Notes: generated by a model not told the origin, from the sequence alone. DNA of 64,000 bases from an uncultured Gemmatimonadaceae bacterium (GCA_963740355.1 CAVUDW010000003.1:1248001-1312000); one strand, 5' to 3'; shown: positions 28,769-38,723, counted from the first letter of the stretch. Translations and numbers: made by a program.

Positions 28769-29200
28769 TCAGCGACGATCGCGCACCTTGTCGATCGCGC
28801 GCCGTTCCTTCTTGCTCGGCTTCCCTTCCTGAAAGGCAAAGGTCATGGCGGCACTTTTGTACTGGGCCGCGACCAGCGCACGCGCGGCGATGCTGCCCGG
28901 CGTCTCCTCGAACAGGGCGGCTGCAACAGCGGCGGAGCCGCGCCGACCACTGACATCGCGCACGATCAGGATGTGCTGATACGGCCCGATACGCACGGTG
29001 ACCTCGTCGCCGGCCTGCACCAGCTTCGCACGCTTCGGTCGCTCGTCATTGACCGAGACCTTGCCGCCATCGATGGCCTCGACCGCCAACGCCCGCGTCT
29101 TGAAGAACCGGGCAGCCCATAGCCACTTGTCGAGGCGCACCTTGCCTGGCGGCGTGGATTCGTCGTCACCGGCGTCCGATGCTGCACCACCGCGCGCCAT
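28769..29200 (-). CDS. hslR: Ribosome-associated heat shock protein Hsp15 (S4 domain)
   Basis: VRLDKWLWAARFFKTRALA, GKPSKKERRAI; start at ATG 29200. Confidence 0.92.
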   Translation of the reverse strand: MARGGAASDAGDDESTPPGKVRLDKWLWAARFFKTRALAVEAIDGGKVSVNDERPKRAKLVQAGDEVTVRIGPYQHILIVRDVSGRRGSAAVAAALFEETPGSIAARALVAAQYKSAAMTFAFQEGKPSKKERRAIDKVRDRR

Positions 29201-29285
29201 CAGCGACTCCGGCTGAAAATCGCTGGCATCGAAACCGGCGCAGTAGCGAACGAGTCGACGGCGAGAAGTTGAAGGCGCATCTGGA

Positions 29286-30107
29286 TCAGCGGGCAGGCAG
29301 TGGTGGAACGCGACGGCGAAGCAATGGGCGGGCGGGCGGCATCGGGCGGCCGAGTGCCCGGGCTGCGTCGGTGGCGTAGGCAACGTCGCCAGGCGGGTCG
29401 CCCTTTGGCCAGTCACGCGCTTTGCCTGGATGATCCTGGCGCGGCTGCCGCAACACGAACGCTGCAATGTCGGCCGCCGCCTGTGGAGCCAGCGTTCCTG
29501 GTTGATCGTACGGCATGTTCCATCGCAGGAACGTCGCCAGCACGTTCTGCCGCGCGAGGCCCGCCCCGATCGAATAGCTGCGCACACCGTACACGGCCGG
29601 CGCGATACTGCCAGCGCCGCTCGCACCGTGGCAGCGCGCGCAGGTCGCGGTGTAGGCGCGAGCACCTCGCACCGTGTCACCCGCCAGTCGCACCGTATCC
29701 GGACGAACGGGCAACGCATCGACCCGCAAGGAATCGAGATACGCGACGATATCGCGCATGTCCTTGCCGGACTCGCGAAGCATACGACCCGCAAGACTCC
29801 GGGCCACACACTCGTTCACGCGCTGCTCGATAGTCTCGATGCTGCCTTTGCGGGCGCGGTATTTCGGGAACCGCGCAGTCACACCGATCCACGGCATCGC
29901 ACTGCCACGACGACCATCGTCGAGATGGCAGCTGGTACAGCGCAATGCATTGCCGCCAGACCGCGGCAGGCTGTCGTTGAAATGCTGTAGCAACGCCAGC
30001 CCTCGCTGCGCGCTTGGCGGCGCGACGACTGCCGACGGCTTCTGCACCACGGGGCGCAGGAGCGCGGCAACGATTGCCAGCGGAACGAACGGAAGCCAGG
30101 GCTGCAC
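29286..30107 (-). CDS. tsdA: Diheme c-type cytochrome, TsdA (thiosulfate dehydrogenase)-like
   Basis: CTSCH and CARCH heme motifs, FPKYRAR, RVNECVARS (catalytic Cys position), WNMP, QPR, DWP. Confidence 0.75.
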   Translation of the reverse strand: MQPWLPFVPLAIVAALLRPVVQKPSAVVAPPSAQRGLALLQHFNDSLPRSGGNALRCTSCHLDDGRRGSAMPWIGVTARFPKYRARKGSIETIEQRVNECVARSLAGRMLRESGKDMRDIVAYLDSLRVDALPVRPDTVRLAGDTVRGARAYTATCARCHGASGAGSIAPAVYGVRSYSIGAGLARQNVLATFLRWNMPYDQPGTLAPQAAADIAAFVLRQPRQDHPGKARDWPKGDPPGDVAYATDAARALGRPMPPARPLLRRRVPPLPAR

Positions 30108-30152
30108 ACCCCAAGATAAACCCGCGTCTCCGCCCTCTCCATTCGTGCGACG

Positions 30153-30788
30153 CTATCGCGTCGTCGCCATCCACCCGCGGACGATCTCGACATCAGCGGC
30201 AGTCAGGCCATGGCCAGTCGGCTGCCAGTCAACCGTGACCGACGCACCGGCACTCGTGAACATGCCGGCCAGCTGATCGGCGTTCGACCGCGGGATGAGC
30301 GGATCGAACTCCCCCTCCACCATCAGCACCTGCTTGCCCGCCAGTGCCGGCAGCGTCGCCGGGACCAGCGGAACCATGGCGCGAATCAACGCTCCACCGG
30401 CAAGCACATCCGGATGCAGGAGCAACAGCGCCGCACCGATGTTGGCGCCGTTCGAAAAGCCCAGCGCCACCACCTTGCTTGCGTCGAACCCGTACGCGGC
30501 CGCGGCCTCCGCTACGAACGCCGCGAGATCCCCAGCACGCCGCACAAGATCGGCCTCATCGAACACCCCCTCGGCCAGCCGACGGAAGAACCGCGGCATG
30601 CCCGACTCCAGCACCTGTCCACGCACACCGAGCAAGCGCGCGCCCGGCGCCACACGCGCGCCGACATCGAGCAGGTCGCGCTCGTTGCCGCCAGTGCCAT
30701 GCAGCAGCAGGATGGTGCGCTGGTCGGTCGAATCCGCGGCCGGCGGCACGTGCACATGCGTGAAGCTGAGTGAAGACGACGTGCTCAT
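30153..30788 (-). CDS. Alpha/beta hydrolase (phospholipase/carboxylesterase, MhqD-like)
   Basis: LLLHGTGGNE, PRFFRRLAEGVFD, GFSNGA, GH. Confidence 0.92.
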   Translation of the reverse strand: MSTSSSLSFTHVHVPPAADSTDQRTILLLHGTGGNERDLLDVGARVAPGARLLGVRGQVLESGMPRFFRRLAEGVFDEADLVRRAGDLAAFVAEAAAAYGFDASKVVALGFSNGANIGAALLLLHPDVLAGGALIRAMVPLVPATLPALAGKQVLMVEGEFDPLIPRSNADQLAGMFTSAGASVTVDWQPTGHGLTAADVEIVRGWMATTR

Positions 30789-31747
30789 GACGCGACCGCG
30801 GTTCGAGGAAGGTGCAAGGGGACGAGTCGTGCTGTGAGCACATCTCGCAGGTGTTCATGCTGCGACGGCAACATCAGGTGCGTGCCCAGTTCGGTCTCGC
30901 TTTCATCCACACCGAAGCCCGGTGCATCCGTCGCCAGCTCGAACAAGACATGCCCCGGCTCGCGAAAATACATCGAGCGGAAATACGTGCGGTCGATCTG
31001 TTCGGTGATCGGCAGGCCCGACGCGGTCACCTGCGTGCGCAAACCGAACTCCGTCTCGTCATCAGCGGCGCGGAAGGCGATGTGGTGTACGGTGCCAGCG
31101 CCGAGCATTCCACCAGGGCCGGTCGGCAATTCACGCACATCAACCAGCGTCCCCGGCGCGCCATCCTCGACGGCAAAACGGGTCACCTCGTTGCCTCGAC
31201 CGACTTCACGGAAGCCGAGTGAGCCGGTCAGCACAGCCGCCGTTTCCGTCAGGCGATGTACCCAGAGCGTGACTGCATGCATGCCGCGAATACTCATCGC
31301 TTCAGGCACACCATCGGCACCACCCCACCCTGGCTGCGCTGCGGCCGCATCGGTCGCGACCAGTGCCAACGGCAAGCCGTCGTGGTCGGTGAAGGTTAGC
31401 GCCGTCTCGCCGTCGAAGCGACGGGTCGGCCCCTGAAACGCGATCTGGTGTTCGGTGAGGCGCTGAATCCAGAATGCCAGCGCTGACGTCGGAATCGCCA
31501 GCTGCGTTTCCGCGACCTGACCAGCACCAATGCGACCCCGGCGTGCGTTCGGCCACGGGAAGAACGTGAGGATGCTGCCGGGGCGCCCAGTGGCATCGCC
31601 GTAATACAGGTGGTACGTGCCGGGATCGTCGAAATTCACGGTCTGCTTGACGAAACGCAGCCCCAGCGTGCCGGCGTAGAAATCGAGATTGCGCTGCGGA
31701 TCACTCGCGATTGCGGTGAGGTGGTGCAGTCCAGTCGTGCGGTACAT
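30785..31747 (-). CDS. Ring-cleaving dioxygenase (VOC family, MhqO/MhqA-like)
   Basis: GLHHLTA, VKQTVNFDDPGTYHLYYGD, GTVHHIAFR, DRTYFRSMYFREPGHVLFELATD. Confidence 0.95.
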   Translation of the reverse strand: MYRTTGLHHLTAIASDPQRNLDFYAGTLGLRFVKQTVNFDDPGTYHLYYGDATGRPGSILTFFPWPNARRGRIGAGQVAETQLAIPTSALAFWIQRLTEHQIAFQGPTRRFDGETALTFTDHDGLPLALVATDAAAAQPGWGGADGVPEAMSIRGMHAVTLWVHRLTETAAVLTGSLGFREVGRGNEVTRFAVEDGAPGTLVDVRELPTGPGGMLGAGTVHHIAFRAADDETEFGLRTQVTASGLPITEQIDRTYFRSMYFREPGHVLFELATDAPGFGVDESETELGTHLMLPSQHEHLRDVLTARLVPLHLPRTAVAS

Positions 31748-31866
31748 ACGAACTTCCTCCTGGTGGAGTGTCGAGGTCGACAGTCCACGCGGCGCGATGA
31801 ACACGCGCCATGTTGCCGCAACCGGGTGGCGAACACCTGCCGCCACCCGTTGCAGCGACGTTCACA

Positions 31867-32487
31867 TCACACGAAGCGAGCGATGCGCTCGACGGCGTGA
31901 CGGTGATGCGGGAAACCTTCCTCGGCGCCGGTGCCGATGGCGACGATCGCCGGCAAGCGCGAGTCAGCCGGCAGGCCAAGCAATTCCTTCACCTTGTCCG
32001 GCACGAAGCCGAGCATCGGGCTGGTGCTGTATCCATGCGCCTGTGCGGTGAGCAACAGGTAGCCAAGTGCGATGTTGCTTTCTGCAAAGCCCCAAGCGGC
32101 GCGATCGGCATCGCTGAATCCGGCGAACGTGGCGCGAATGTCAGCCGCGGCCTTGTCGCCGGCGGGGCCCTTCATGCCTGGATGCACCGTCTCCTCGATC
32201 GTATTGAGCGCGTCGGTCATGTCGGAGTACATCACGATCACAGCCGGTGCGCTGCCAACCTGCGTCTGGCCGTAGGCGGCTTCCTGCAGCTTGAGCTTCG
32301 TCGCGGCATCTTCGACGATCACGAAGCGCCACGGCTGCACGTTCCACGGCGACGGGGCGAGGCCAGTGACGCGAATGATCTCTTCGAGGTGCGCGCGCGG
32401 AATCGGCGTCGGCTCGTACTTGCGGATCGAGCGGCGTGCTTCCGCGGCTGCCGTGACTGTCAGGACCTGCTCTGCAGTGTTGCTCAT
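31867..32487 (-). CDS. Nitroreductase family protein (MhqN-like)
   Basis: RRSIRKY, APSPWNVQPWRF, SPMLGF. Confidence 0.93.
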   Translation of the reverse strand: MSNTAEQVLTVTAAAEARRSIRKYEPTPIPRAHLEEIIRVTGLAPSPWNVQPWRFVIVEDAATKLKLQEAAYGQTQVGSAPAVIVMYSDMTDALNTIEETVHPGMKGPAGDKAAADIRATFAGFSDADRAAWGFAESNIALGYLLLTAQAHGYSTSPMLGFVPDKVKELLGLPADSRLPAIVAIGTGAEEGFPHHRHAVERIARFV

Positions 32488-32554
32488 GATATTGTCTCTG
32501 CGTGTGTAGAAAGAGTGTGCGATTGATCGTGAAGCTGTGATTCCGGTGAAACGC

Positions 32555-33034
32555 TCAGGCCTTGCCAGCACGTGCCAATTCACTGGCGGCGGCAACACCG
32601 AGTTTCTTGCACAAGCGAGCCAGTTCCGCCTGTTCGGTCTCGTCGAGGCCGGACATGGCGTCCACCAACCGCTGCACATGCTGCGGGAAGAACGAGGCGA
32701 GATGTGCCTCGCCTTCGGGGGTGAGTGAGGCAATCGAGACTCGACGGTCCTGCGGATCTCGGTCGCGCCGCACGTAGCCATCGCGTTCGAGGTTGTCGAG
32801 CACCGTGGTCAGGTTCGAGGCGCTCACCAGCAGCTTTCCCGCCAACGCGCACTGGGCCATGGGGCCGAGGTGTGCGAGCGCCTCGAGCACCCCGAGCTGG
32901 GTCGGCGTCACACCGAACTCCGCTTGCAGGACCGGGAAGAGCCGCCCGTTGATGGCCACGCTGGAACGCATGAGCTTGATGTAGACGTCAAGCGCTCGTC
33001 GTTCCTCGTCGGTGCCGTTGTAGTGTGTCGCCAT
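32555..33034 (-). CDS. MarR family regulator (MhqR-like)
   Basis: TQLGVLEALAHLGP, SNLTTVLDNLERDGYVRR, DRRV, LTPEG. Start at 33034 or 33049. Confidence 0.92.
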   Translation of the reverse strand: MATHYNGTDEERRALDVYIKLMRSSVAINGRLFPVLQAEFGVTPTQLGVLEALAHLGPMAQCALAGKLLVSASNLTTVLDNLERDGYVRRDRDPQDRRVSIASLTPEGEAHLASFFPQHVQRLVDAMSGLDETEQAELARLCKKLGVAAASELARAGKA

Positions 33035-33037
33035 TTG

Positions 33038-33079
33038 TTCGACGTCCATTGATTCGATGTCGATTCTTTCGATACCGAA
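33038..33079. promoter_or_regulatory. Putative MarR operator: three TTCGA-N2-TCGAA-like units at 15-bp period
   Basis: TTCGACGTCCAT (33038), TTCGATGTCGAT (33053) and TTCGATACCGAA (33068), directly upstream of marR. Confidence 0.55.
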
Positions 33080-33169
33080 TGATATGCCGTCCGGGCCTGC
33101 ACGCAAGCCCCCGCCCGACCGGCCGCCGGCGACAGGGGCACCCGGCCCACGCGCAGGCATATTCCCCCC

Positions 33170-34600
33170 ATGGCCGACCACGACCACCCGCCCCTGCCCG
33201 ACCCAGACCAGCTCCTCGCCGGCGCCGCCGCGCGAAGCGCTCGGCTCGTCTGCCGCGACATTGCCCGTCACGCGGCCCACGCCGTGGCTCGGTTTGGCGC
33301 AGGCGACGAGGATCTGGTGGAGGCGCGCCATACCCTGCGCGTGTCCCTCCGCCAACTCCGCGTCACCCTCGATGCCTATGCGCCGGCGCTCGATGACACC
33401 GTCTCGCGAAAGCTCTCTCGCCGCGCACAATCCCTCGCACGCCGGCTCAGCGCCGCCCGGGACACCGATGTGCGACAGGTGCTCTTCCACTCGGTGACGG
33501 AGGCGCGCACCGCGGCCCAACGCACCGCCCTGCGCCGGCTCGAGTGGCCTGACGAGTCGCGCTCCGGTGGTGCCAGCGACGGACCCAGCATCGTGCGGCG
33601 GTGGAAACGCATCGAGCACGCACTCCACGATGCACTCGCAAACTGGCAGGAACCACAGTCGCTCGACGCGCCGCACGCCCCGACGCCATTCGCCGTCGTC
33701 GCCGCCGACGCACTCGAGCAGGCGGCCGATCGTCTGGCACGTCGTTTCGCGAAGGTCATCGTCCCCGATGACGTCGAGGAGATGCACGCTGCGCGCCTCG
33801 CGATCAAGACCGCACGCTACATCCTCAAGCCGCTCGCCGGTGACGATGCGCATGCCACCGCAATGATGCAGTCACTGCGCCAGGCACAGGATCTGTTGGG
33901 CGGCATCCATGACGCACACATGCTGCGATCGGCGCTTCGCCGCGAACGTGTGGCGCTCGGCGACTCAGCGGACGCATCGTCCCGCGCCGCCCTGACCGCG
34001 CTGCGTGCCAGTGATCGCGACCTCACCCACCGGATTGCGGTTGCATTCGACGAACTCTCGTCATGGCATACCGCCGCGGCGCTGGCGACTCACGTCGCGC
34101 GCCTGCATTCCATCGCCGAGTCGTGGCGGGAGCGCGGCAGTCCTCCCATGGAATTCGAGCGCAAATGGCTGCTCTCGGCACTGCCCCCACGAGTGCGTGG
34201 GCTCAAGCCGTCGATGCTTCGCCAGGGATACCTGCCCGGCGAGTCGCTGGTCGAGCGGATTCGCAGCATCACGCTGGCTGGCAAGACGACCTGGATCCGC
34301 ACCGTGAAACTTGGTCGCGGACTCGCGCGCATCGAGGTGGAGGAAGCCGCAACGCCAGCACTCGGCAAGGCCCTCTTCGCGCTGACCAAGGGCAAACGCG
34401 TGGAGAAGAAGCGTTATGCCGTGGCCGACGGTGAACTGACCTGGGAAATCGACGACTTCACAGACCGCACGCTGGTGCTGGCTGAAGTGGAATTTCCCAA
34501 TGCGGAGACGACCGCCGAGTTCCCAGCCTGGCTTGCGCCGTATGTGGTGCGCGACGTCACCGACGAAACAGCGTTCACGAACTGGAAACTCGCCCGCTGA
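33170..34600 (+). CDS. CHAD domain plus CYTH domain fusion protein
   Basis: CHAD: HTLRVSLRQLR, ARDTDV, MHAARLAIKTARY, QDLLGGIHD. CYTH: EFERKWLL, EKKRY, WEIDDF, LAEVE. Confidence 0.9.
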   Translation: MADHDHPPLPDPDQLLAGAAARSARLVCRDIARHAAHAVARFGAGDEDLVEARHTLRVSLRQLRVTLDAYAPALDDTVSRKLSRRAQSLARRLSAARDTDVRQVLFHSVTEARTAAQRTALRRLEWPDESRSGGASDGPSIVRRWKRIEHALHDALANWQEPQSLDAPHAPTPFAVVAADALEQAADRLARRFAKVIVPDDVEEMHAARLAIKTARYILKPLAGDDAHATAMMQSLRQAQDLLGGIHDAHMLRSALRRERVALGDSADASSRAALTALRASDRDLTHRIAVAFDELSSWHTAAALATHVARLHSIAESWRERGSPPMEFERKWLLSALPPRVRGLKPSMLRQGYLPGESLVERIRSITLAGKTTWIRTVKLGRGLARIEVEEAATPALGKALFALTKGKRVEKKRYAVADGELTWEIDDFTDRTLVLAEVEFPNAETTAEFPAWLAPYVVRDVTDETAFTNWKLAR

Positions 34601-35738
34601 TCACGTCCTGATATCCTCGAAACAGTCCATTCCACACCAGCGGCCAGGTCCGCTCTCGCGCCCACGCCTGTGCCGCATCCCGGATCGCGGCGTGTTTCAC
34701 CCGATCCGACTCTAGCGCCTTGAGAGCGCCAGCAACCACGCCGCGCTGGCCAACCGGCACGATCACGCCGCGTTCGCTACCGACGAGCTCTCGCGTATTG
34801 CCGGCATCAGCCGAGACGACCACCAATCCCGACGCCATCGCTTCGAGCAACACGTTGCCGAAGGTGTCGGTGACCGATGGGAACAGGAACACATCGCTCG
34901 AGGCGTAGGCGGTGCTCAGCGGCACCCCACTCAAGCGACCGGTGAAGATCGCCGTACTCGGTGCAGCCGCGCGCAACTCGGCTTCGTACGGGCCGTCGCC
35001 AACGAAGACGAAGCGAATCGCCGGCGCATCCACCGCCAGTTCCTGCATCGCGTGCAACGCATGTTCGAGGCCCTTCTCCTTCGCGATGCGACCGACGTAC
35101 AGCACCACCATCGCGTCATCCGCGATCCCCAGGCCACGTCGCCAATCGAGGGAGCGGAACGCGGGATCAAAGCGCTCACCATCCACACCGCGCCCCCACA
35201 CGCCGACGTTACGGAAGCCGTGCGCCTCGACTTCAGCCTTGATCGCCTCGGTTGGTGTGAAGGTGCGCGCAGCCGCCGAATGGAACCAGCGGAAATACTT
35301 CCACCCCATCGAGGCGAGGGCGCCCAGCTTGTAGAACTCGGCGTAGGCGCTGAAGCTGGTGTGATAGCTGGTTACGAGTGGCACGCGCAGTGCGGTGGCG
35401 GCAGCGCGGCCAGCGAGGCCGACGCCAAACTCGGTGGCGACGTGCACCAGCGTCGGCTTCCAGGCCTCGAGCGCCGCGCGCGCCGTCAACACCTTGGGCG
35501 CCGACAACCGCACCTGCGGGTATGCCCAGAACGGCACGCTGTTCCAGCGCACGACATCGCCGTCATCCTGCTTCAACTCTGGATCGGTGGTCGTGAACAC
35601 CCGCACCGCCGCACCCCGCTCACGCGCGGCGGCGACGAGGCGTTCCAGCGTGCGCGACACCCCGTTCATCTGCGGCGGATACGTGTCGCTGAAGAGTGCC
35701 AGCCGCACGCCGTCGAGTCGGACGATCGGTTCGGTCAC
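34575..35738 (-). CDS. GT4 glycosyltransferase (MgtA/PimB-like)
   Basis: DTYPPQMNGVSRTL, SYHT, RGVD, YVGRIAKEK, DTFGNVLLEAMASG; GTG start coupled to the upstream stop. Confidence 0.92.
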   Translation of the reverse strand: MTEPIVRLDGVRLALFSDTYPPQMNGVSRTLERLVAAARERGAAVRVFTTTDPELKQDDGDVVRWNSVPFWAYPQVRLSAPKVLTARAALEAWKPTLVHVATEFGVGLAGRAAATALRVPLVTSYHTSFSAYAEFYKLGALASMGWKYFRWFHSAAARTFTPTEAIKAEVEAHGFRNVGVWGRGVDGERFDPAFRSLDWRRGLGIADDAMVVLYVGRIAKEKGLEHALHAMQELAVDAPAIRFVFVGDGPYEAELRAAAPSTAIFTGRLSGVPLSTAYASSDVFLFPSVTDTFGNVLLEAMASGLVVVSADAGNTRELVGSERGVIVPVGQRGVVAGALKALESDRVKHAAIRDAAQAWARERTWPLVWNGLFRGYQDVISGRVSSS

Positions 35739-36469
35739 GCCGTCGCCTCGGCGCTGAGCAGCGTCGCGTAGGGTCTTGCCGGTCGCGCTTCGAGCCATCG
35801 ATCGAGTTCATCGATCACCGACTGGCGCGTGATGGCATGCTCGAGGTCCATGGGGTGCAGCGCAATGCGAAAGTGTGGCTCGTTCTGCTGTGCGCGCCAG
35901 CGCCACGCAGCCTGCACCGCCGAACCCCGGGCGCGAAAATCAGTGCGGCCACTCCAACGCAGCACTGGACTTGGCAAGCGGACCTGCGTCTTCGTCAGGT
36001 AGATGGCTGCGTCATCCTCGAGAATCGGCAGGTCGAGCGCAGCACAGGCAGTGTGCGTGCCCTGTCGACACAGCCAGGCTGGAGGCACAAACCCGATCGG
36101 CGACAGGCCAAGCTCTGCAAACAGCGTCAGGCCACGACTGATTCGCTCGAACGCTGCATCGTGATCGAGCGTGAGAAACTCACCTTCGCGGTTCGTCTTG
36201 CCGAACGCACGCTGCGAGTCGCGCCAACTGCGCTTGGAACCAACTTCATCGTGACGCTCGCCGTGCAGGAAGATCTCCGCGCCGTCGGCGACTCGATCGC
36301 GAATCCACTGCGCATACTCGGGGGATGCGCGCAGGGGCCACTGTCCGTGCCAATCGGGTACCACCAGCAGCGCCGGCGTGGCGTGACGTTCACGACAGAG
36401 CTTCCACAGCTCCTCGACCTGTGAAGCCCACGCCGGCGTGACGTCGTGGATGGAGAGCAGGACCGTCAT
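35735..36469 (-). CDS. Polysaccharide deacetylase family protein (DUF2334-like)
   Basis: SIHDVTP, LHGERH, EGEF, GFVPPAW, RIALHP. Confidence 0.85.
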   Translation of the reverse strand: MTVLLSIHDVTPAWASQVEELWKLCRERHATPALLVVPDWHGQWPLRASPEYAQWIRDRVADGAEIFLHGERHDEVGSKRSWRDSQRAFGKTNREGEFLTLDHDAAFERISRGLTLFAELGLSPIGFVPPAWLCRQGTHTACAALDLPILEDDAAIYLTKTQVRLPSPVLRWSGRTDFRARGSAVQAAWRWRAQQNEPHFRIALHPMDLEHAITRQSVIDELDRWLEARPARPYATLLSAEATA

Positions 36470-37713
36470 CGCTGCACGCGCTCGTAGAGTGCGAAGACCC
36501 GATCGAACACCGACTCCCACGAGTGTTCACGGGCGGCGAAAGCTCGTGCCCGCGCACCGTGTCCCACCAGGTCGTCCTCGAGCAGCGAAATCGCCTGCAC
36601 CGCGAGGTCCTTTGCATCACCTGGCACGAAGATGCGGCCGGCGCCGGACGACAAGACGTGCTCGCGCACACCACCACCGTCGGCGGCCAGCACTGGTGTG
36701 CCGCAGGCCATCGCTTCGAGTGGCGACAGCCCGAAGGTCTCGTGCGGGCTGGTGGCCATGTAGACGCTCGACGCCGCCTGCAGATCCGCCAGCCGCGCGC
36801 GATCGGCGATGAACGGCAGCCAGAAGACCTGCTTCCCCTTGTTGCGCTGCTGCAGCGCCAGCTTCTCCGGACCATCGCCTGCCATCACCAGCGAGGCACC
36901 GGTGCGCTGCTGGATCGTTGGCCACGCGTCCATCAGCACGTCCAGTTCCTTCTCGTGCGCGAAGCGTCCGATGAAGGTCACCAGCGGGCCATCTGCCGGC
37001 AGCTTCCAGGCAGCGCGCGTTTCCGCCGCGAAGAGGCGTCGTTCAGGGGAGAAATGTTCGAGATCGACGCCCAGTGGAATACGAACGACGTTCGGGATGC
37101 CGGCCTTCTCGAGATCGTCGGCCACGAAGCGTGATGCCGCAATCGTTGCCGTCACATGGCGATCCATGCGTCGCGCATACCACCATGCAGCCTCCATCAG
37201 CTGTTCACGGATCGGCGGCACCGGTCGACGACTGCCGCTCATCAGCGCCGGGAAGTGGCTGTGAAAGAAATTCACGATCGGCACGTCGCGTTTGCCCAGT
37301 GCGCGAAAGAGCACCCACGGCACGAGGGCAGGACTGCCGATCTCGATCACGTTGGGGCGCTCGACGTCCAGCACTCGACGCATGCGCGCCACGGAAGTCA
37401 GCAATCGATACGGATCGTTGCGCGGGACACGTGGTCCCTTGAACTCGTACCAGCGGGACCCTTCCCGTTCCACGATGCCGTCGTCGGCCCACGGCACTAC
37501 CAGCGCATGACGGAGTGTTGGGCGACTCGCGACATACAGTTCCTTCTGCAGCAGGTAGGTCCGGATACCGCCGCTGGTGGGCGCGAACCATTCCGTCGTG
37601 TCGAGCACCGCCAACTGCGCGTCCGGCCGCGTGACGGCGGGCAATGGCGCGCGCAACAGATCCAACGGTCGTCGATCGGAGGCGGCCGGCGCGAGCGGGA
37701 ATGTGGCCGTCAC
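36466..37713 (-). CDS. GT4 glycosyltransferase (alpha-1,6-mannosyltransferase-like)
   Basis: SGGIRTYL, PLGVDL, GRFAHEK, ETFGLSPLEAMACG. Confidence 0.9.
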   Translation of the reverse strand: MTATFPLAPAASDRRPLDLLRAPLPAVTRPDAQLAVLDTTEWFAPTSGGIRTYLLQKELYVASRPTLRHALVVPWADDGIVEREGSRWYEFKGPRVPRNDPYRLLTSVARMRRVLDVERPNVIEIGSPALVPWVLFRALGKRDVPIVNFFHSHFPALMSGSRRPVPPIREQLMEAAWWYARRMDRHVTATIAASRFVADDLEKAGIPNVVRIPLGVDLEHFSPERRLFAAETRAAWKLPADGPLVTFIGRFAHEKELDVLMDAWPTIQQRTGASLVMAGDGPEKLALQQRNKGKQVFWLPFIADRARLADLQAASSVYMATSPHETFGLSPLEAMACGTPVLAADGGGVREHVLSSGAGRIFVPGDAKDLAVQAISLLEDDLVGHGARARAFAAREHSWESVFDRVFALYERVQR

Positions 37714-38723
37714 GGCGTGGTCGATGACGCCGCCTTGGCAGGAGACTTCGTCGTGGCAGGTGCCGGTGACGCTGCTTCCGTGTGCTCATCCGCGCTCACT
37801 GCGCGTGGGAAAAGCAGCGAGAACACCACCGCCCCGCCGAGGATCGCCACGATCACCAGGAGCGAGATGCCGGTCGGGACGTGATAGATCGTGCTGAGGA
37901 GCATTTTCGAGCCCACGAACAGCAACACCAGCGACAGCGCCGGCTTGAGCAGCCAGAACTTGTGCACCACGGCCGAGAGCAGGAAATACAGCGACCGCAG
38001 GCCGAGGATGGCAAAGACGTTCGAGGTATAGACGACGAACGGATCGCGCGTGACACCGAACACCGCAGGAATCGAGTCGACGGCGAACAGCAGGTCGGTG
38101 GTCTCCACCAGCACCAGCACCACGAAGAGCGGCGTCGCCACCAATCTCGAGATGCGATCCGGGCCCCACGCGGCGCGCGTGAAGAAGCGGTCACCCTCGA
38201 AGTGATCGGTGACCGGCACCAGGCGACGCACCAGCTTCAGCACCGGATTGCGCTCCGGCTCCATCTCGTCCTCGCCTGCGACCAGCATCTTGATGCCGGT
38301 GAAGACGAGGAAGGCGCCGAAGAGGTAGATGATCCAGTGAAACCGCTCCAGCAGCACGGCGCCCGCGCCGATCATCATCGCGCGCATCACCAGCGCCCCG
38401 ATGATGCCCCAGAAGAGCACGCGATGCTGCAGCGACTCCGGCACCTTGAAGTAGCTGAAGAGCAGCAGGAAGACGAACAGGTTGTCGACACTGAGCGCCT
38501 GCTCGACGACATAGCCTGCCGTGAACTCGATCGCGGTCTGGTGGCCGTCGAGCTTCCAGAGTGCGCCGGCGAAACAGGCGGCCAGCGACACCCACACGAT
38601 GCTCCAGATCAACGCTTCGCGCGGCTTGACCGCGTGCGCCTTCCGGTGAAAAACTCCGAGGTCCAGCGCCAGCATCACCGCCACGACGACGGCGAAGGCG
38701 GACCACATCCACGTATGCTGCAT
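37710..38723 (-). CDS. TerC/Alx family membrane protein
   Basis: LALDLGVFHR, EQALSVDNLFVF, QHRVLFWG, ETTDLLFAVDSIPA, TSNVFAILGLRSLYF. Confidence 0.95.
   Translation of the reverse strand: MQHTWMWSAFAVVVAVMLALDLGVFHRKAHAVKPREALIWSIVWVSLAACFAGALWKLDGHQTAIEFTAGYVVEQALSVDNLFVFLLLFSYFKVPESLQHRVLFWGIIGALVMRAMMIGAGAVLLERFHWIIYLFGAFLVFTGIKMLVAGEDEMEPERNPVLKLVRRLVPVTDHFEGDRFFTRAAWGPDRISRLVATPLFVVLVLVETTDLLFAVDSIPAVFGVTRDPFVVYTSNVFAILGLRSLYFLLSAVVHKFWLLKPALSLVLLFVGSKMLLSTIYHVPTGISLLVIVAILGGAVVFSLLFPRAVSADEHTEAASPAPATTKSPAKAASSTTP

Noticed and set aside
32555..33853. Long N-terminal extensions in the ORF track (marR 432 aa, hslR 346 aa, HDOD 557 aa, pilS 706 aa, anti-sigma 489 aa)
   Set aside because: The extensions overlap other genes and lack domain features; downstream starts fit family lengths.
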